Shown: positions 59,501 to 64,000 of the stretch, in pieces
Position numbering within the stretch: the first letter of the stretch is position 1
How the letters are laid out: every line of letters starts with the position of its first letter
From: an uncultured bacterium
Lineage (GTDB): Bacteria; Verrucomicrobiota; Verrucomicrobiia; Limisphaerales; UBA8199
DNA length: 64,000 bases
Reading direction: 5' to 3'
NCBI GenBank assembly: GCA_963749495.1
Contig: CAVVMW010000021.1
Coordinates: 576,001 to 640,000, forward strand
Notes under the pieces: generated by a model
What the model was told of the DNA's origin: nothing
The model's input: the letters and a program-made list of their open reading frames with translations, nothing else
The model's database searches: none
Position numbers and translations under genes: made by a program

Positions 59501-61729
59501 GCGGGCACGGATGCATGGCAAATTCACGGCGGCGGGTAAGTCGTTGATTTAGAATGGGTATTGGCTTTCGGCTGGACAAGCTTCTCTCGATTTTTCAGGA
59601 TTGGGGGCGTGAGCCAGAATTATCGAAAGCCCAGTTCCGAGGACCAGGCGGTCCTGGACAGTCTGCAAGTACGATTACTCGAGCCGAACGCGTTGGGACG
59701 GTGCAATCAACTGCTGGATCAGCACCATTATCTTGGGAGCGCTAAACCGGTGGGGGAGCGAGTGCACTACGTTGCAACCGATGCACAGGGCCAATGGCTT
59801 GGGGTGCTGGTGTTCGCTGCCGCGGCCAAGCATCTCAGGCACCGCGATCGGTGGATTGGCTGGACCGACGCACAGCGGGAAAGGCGTCTAAGCCTGCTGG
59901 CCAATAACATTCGGTTTCTGCTCCTGCCCGACAGGACCTTTCCCAACTTGGGCAGCCGGGTCTTACGGCTGGTCTTGGAGCGTCTAAGCAGCGATTGGCA
60001 GGCCTGCCTGCCGGCAGGCAGGCCCGCTACGGCCATCCGGTTGTGGTGGTCGAAACCTTCGTCGATCCGGACCAGTTTTGCGGCACGGTTTACACCGCCA
60101 GTGGTTGGGAGGAGCTGGGAAAGACCGACGGCTCCGGGCGACACCAACGGGATTATTACGTTCGGCATGACAAGCCCAAGCGGCTGTTCGTGCGCGAGCT
60201 CTGCCGCAACGCCCGGCGTAGCCTCCAAGCCGAGCACCTCCGGCCCTCGCTGGCGGTGGTCGAAGCCAAGGCAAGCCCAAGGTCGCGGCACACGGCCAAA
60301 GAGATTGGCTCGATCATCGATGCCCTGCAGCAAGTTCCAGATTATCGAAAGCGAATCGGGACCTATCCGCTTTGGTCGCTGTTGGCCATTTATCTATTGG
60401 CGGTGCTGTGCGGAGCCCCACGCGGGTCAAAGGATTTGGCCAAATTCGCGCGCAAGTTGAGCCAAGCGCAGCGAGCCGCTCTGCACATCCGCAAGCGCCA
60501 CGGTCGCTACCCCGCCCCAAGCCAACCGACCCTTTGGCGTCTGCTCGAGGAGATTGACGAGACCCGGCTTGAGCAAATGCTGATGCGGGTCCAGGAGCGG
60601 CTGCGCGGCCCGCCGCCCAAACACGAGTTGATCACTCTGGATGGCAAAGAGCCTAAACACGGCGGTGGCCAAGGCGTGCTCACCGCCATCTGTGCGCCCA
60701 GCCAGTATTATCTAGGCAGCGCGATTGTGGACACCAAGACCAACGAAATCCCGGTCGCCCGCCTACTCTTTAACGACCTCGACCTCAACGGCCGGTTCGT
60801 CTCGCTGGATGCCTTGCACACGCAAACCGAAACCGGCCGCGACATCGTGCTCGAACATGGGGGCCACTACCTGTTCACGGCCAAAGATAATCAACCCACG
60901 GTCCACCAAATCATCGAGAAACTGCTCCCCGCCCCAAAGGCGGATTTTCCCCCCTTGGCAGCCGACGGCCACTCAATTCCGCACTCTGGAATACAACAAG
61001 AGCCGCCTGCAGAGCCGCTCCATCCTCACCCAACCGGTCTCGGCTGAACAGGTTTGCTTCCCTCTTGCCGCGCAGGCCGCCCGATTGCTGCGGCAGATCC
61101 AGGGCCACAAGGACGAATACGTTACGCTGCTAACCAGTGCCGGACCCGAGGAACTCGACGCACAAAAGTGGCTGGAATTGAACCGCGCCGGCTTTGCCGG
61201 CGTCGAAAACGGTCTGCACCAGCGCCTGGACGTTTCCCACAACGACGATCGCTGCCGCATTCGCCACTCCTATGCGATGTTCGTGGCGGGCCTGCTCCGC
61301 CGCATCAGCAACAGCCTGTTCATGGAATGGCGCTCTCATCAACCCCATCCCGAATACCTGACGACGACGGATTTTCACTCCGCGATGGGCGAAGACCATG
61401 GTCGTCCCGCCATGCGCTTGCTTTTCGCCAAAAGCCCCAGCTTGAAACCGCCTTAAACAACTCGACCAACCATAATCCGCCAACGGGTTCACCTCCGCTT
61501 TTTCGGATCTGAGCACGGCGGGTGGGCTTTGCCCTGTTGTCCGCGATCCGTCGGCAGAACTGATCAGCCCGACCCCACCAATACTTCCGGTGCCTGTTGG
61601 GCGGGAATTCTTGCGGGCCTGGGTACTCCTGGCGGCTTGAGCGGGGAGGTGCCAACCAGGAGACGGCAACCTGGGGGGAATCGTCTGAAGTCGGGAGTCC
61701 TTCATGAATTGGCCATGATCCGCGCCCGG
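59501..61729 (+). mobile_element. ISAs1-family insertion sequence
   Basis: Imperfect TIR CGGGCACGGATGCATGGCAAATTCACG versus the reverse complement of the right end, CGGGCGCGGATCATGGCCAATTCATG; no target duplication visible. Confidence 0.75.
59609..61456 (+). pseudogene. DUF4338-like + ISAs1 DDE transposase, broken by a 20-bp insertion at ~60005 and split at a T4C6 run (~60945..60954)
   Basis: HHYLG, RDRWIGW, NNIRFLLLP, NLGSRVL, ETFVDP..F.GTVY.ASGW (DUF4338); VPDYR, LDGKE, KTNEIP, LDALHTQ, YLFTAKDNQP, VENGLHQRLDVSHNDDRCRIR (ISAs1). Confidence 0.85.
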
Positions 61730-61759
61730 CAGGGACGAAAATCGCTTGGTTTCACGATC

Positions 61760-62316
61760 CTAAACCGCGAGAATGCCTTTGAGGGGAAAGAACAGTTGTG
61801 AGAACGCCAGGTCCGGCCTGGCTACGAATACCGAGCGATCCTTGACCGTGCTCAGCACATAACGGCCATCGGGGGAGATCTGAGACAGCAAACCGAAGGT
61901 CTGCTGGCCGTCTTCGCGGCGATCTGGCCGGGTCGCTCCCGCCGGTAGCCGCCCAGCAGCAGTTCGATCGGCTCGGCCTTCGCCGCCTGCTTGATGCCGC
62001 GCCACTCCGCTTCCGGCGGACGCCACATCGGCCGGACGTCGTCGAACAACCATTTCTGAGCACCAGCCTTGAACGCCGCCACCCAGCGATGCGCACCCGG
62101 CAGGTTTGTCTTCCACAGCACCACCGGCGCCGGCATGTTGAGCGGCAAGACCGCCCCTTCAATCGGGTGCTGAATCTCCACCGCCGCATAAGTGCCCGCA
62201 CCTTCCAAGCCCAGCCAGTAGTCCGGATGGGGCCGCCACAGCCAAAGCGCCGTCAACCCGCCCGTTATCAGCAACCCGGCGCCGGACCCCAGACACAGTT
62301 TACTCTTATTCCACAT
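61760..62316 (-). pseudogene. truncated, internally deleted relic paralogue of 52240..54498
   Basis: MWNKSKL...AVEIQHPIEGAVLPLNMPAPV...ERPGQI jumps to RREDGQQTFGLLSQISPDGRY...LKGILAV* (CxxCH region deleted) and ends next to the IS. Confidence 0.85.
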
Positions 62317-62470
62317 GTCTCGCTAATTCACGCTATTCAAACCTGTTACACACGGCGTGTCGAGCGCCAAACGCATTTTGTCGGCGAAGCGATCAGCGCC
62401 GGTTGGCGTCGGCGGCTCCGCCAGGCCGGGCCAGCCGCGAGTCTCCCACCCGAAAAGCACGACTCCCGGC

Positions 62471-64000
62471 TCATCTGCCCTGCTTTTCAGGCGGCTTGGA
62501 TTCCTGCCGCGCCACCGCGGTCCGGAGGTACCTCCTGGCCGCTTCGTTCGAGGGGTCGAGGCGCACCACCGCCTCGAACTCCGGGACCGACTCCCGCAGT
62601 CGTCCCTGCCGGGCCAGGGCCACGCCCAGGTTAAGATGAGCTTGAGGGTCCGCGGGGGTGAGCCGGGCCGCTTCCTTGAAGCAGGCCTCGGCGCCGGCAA
62701 GGTCCCCTGTTTTGGCCAACGCGAGGCCGAGGTTGAACTGTGCCTCCGGCAGTGCGGGGTCGAGTCGGACTGCCTCCCGGTAGTTCAGCAGCGCATCCGA
62801 GCCGCGACCCAAAGCTAGAAGGGAATTGGCCAGCGACAGGTGGATCGTTGCTTTACCCGGGCGAAGGTCAAGGGCCTCCCGGTAGTGCGCAACCGCTTCG
62901 GAGTGTCTTGACTGAGCGGCCAGCAGATTACCGAGGTTAATCCGGGCGGCAGCGCATTCCGGGTCCGCGCGCAGCGCCTCGAGGTAGTGAGATTCGGCGT
63001 TCGTCACCGAGCCGGCTTGCGCCGAGAGCAATCCCAGGTTGACGTGGGCCTGGGCGAACTTTCGATTCGTCCGGAGGGCTTGCTCGAACCACCTGGCAGC
63101 CTCCTGGCGCCGCTCCTGGCCCATCCGGACCAACCCCAGCCCATTCATGGCCTCGAAGGAATCCGGGCGGACGCGCAGGACGTGTTGGTAATATTCCGCC
63201 GCCTCCGGCAGCCTGGATTGGGAGGAGCAAACCTCGCCCAGCTTGAAAAGAGCGTCCGGATAATCCGGCAGAAGGCTGGTCACGCGCTTCCACTCCTGTT
63301 CCGCCGCCGGAAGATCGCCCGCCGCTTCGAGCAGCAGGGCAAACCGGTGATGAAGAATCCAGTCGTCACCCCGGCGCGCCAGGGCGCGCCTATAGACTGC
63401 CGCCGCTTTGGCCAGCCCGTTCGCGTCGGTCTTCTGCCGCAGGCCGGCACGCAGTCTCGACCATCGCTCGATCAGTCTCTGATGATCCAGTTGATCCGTA
63501 AAAGGAGGTTCGTGGACCCGCCCCCACATCTGGTCCAGAACCAGGCGTTGATCCCAATCCGTGAACGCAAGCCGTTCCGCGCATTCCTCTTCCGTTAGTG
63601 CTTTCCCTTTCGCTCCAGGCCCGAGATTGAGTTCTTGGATTACCCTCTCGGCCAGGCCGCGCGCAACGCGATAATTCCCTGAGAAATTGAAGTGAACGTG
63701 ATCCCAGAAGAACTGGGCGCCGGGGATTCCCTCCGGGCTGGCGGCGCGGATCACCTTCTCGGCATCGAAAAAGCTGGCGCTCGCGCCCGCCTCCACGCAC
63801 ATGTTGCTGAGCATGAGATTGATAGTGGTGTCCGCCCGGAATCTCAGCGTATCGAGATCGCGGCTCGCAGGTACTGCTGGAGCGCCGCCTCAGACTCACC
63901 CGCCGCCTGGCAGCAGCGCGCCAGGCGAAAGGTCAACAGCGCATCGCCGCCTTCAATCTCCGCCGCTTGGCGATATTGGGCCAGCGCTTGAGAAAACTGC
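62471..64000 (-). CDS. SGNH-like + TPR protein, third paralogue, 3' part (5' end outside window; apparent -1 frameshift at ~63863)
   Basis: ...QYLRA|RDLDTLRFRADTTIN...FFDAE...FWDHVHFNFSGNY followed by a long TPR array. Confidence 0.8.

Noticed and set aside
59609..60250. Druantia antiphage system (DruA/DUF4338)
   Set aside because: The domain is fused to an ISAs1 DDE transposase inside TIRs, and no DruE helicase or other dru genes are present.
1..64000. tRNA, rRNA, known riboswitch or prophage genes
   Set aside because: None recognised by eye; a covariance-model search would be needed to exclude small RNAs.

Overview
High-GC bacterial DNA. Gene style and repeat types suggest Verrucomicrobiota subdivision 3 or another PVC lineage (inference). 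About 55 kb is one paralogue-rich cell-envelope locus. It encodes five large FG-GAP/VCBS + ASPIC/UnbV (CRTAC1-like) proteins plus one relic, three SGNH-TPR membrane proteins, two TPR-PD40 propeller proteins with a CxxCH motif plus one relic, an FGE-like lipoprotein and a prepilin-type (GFTLIELL...H-X9-DG) protein. It also encodes four secreted proteins (beta-propeller, 2xCBM9-like, 3xLamG, PA14/Ig) that end in the same short 'W..L..S..L..W..V..F[YF]R' domain. Small accessory modules fill the spacers: a membrane-anchored caspase-like protease, a universal stress protein, three toxin-antitoxin-like pairs and a eukaryote-like MIR (SDF2-like) domain fused to three TM helices. There are also several REP/MITE-like repeat families and remnants of IS91, IS66, IS200/RAYT and ISAs1 elements. 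About eleven single-base frameshifts interrupt otherwise intact genes and are most likely sequencing or consensus errors. I saw no rRNA, tRNA or CRISPR array. All domain calls come from motif recognition by eye, not database searches.
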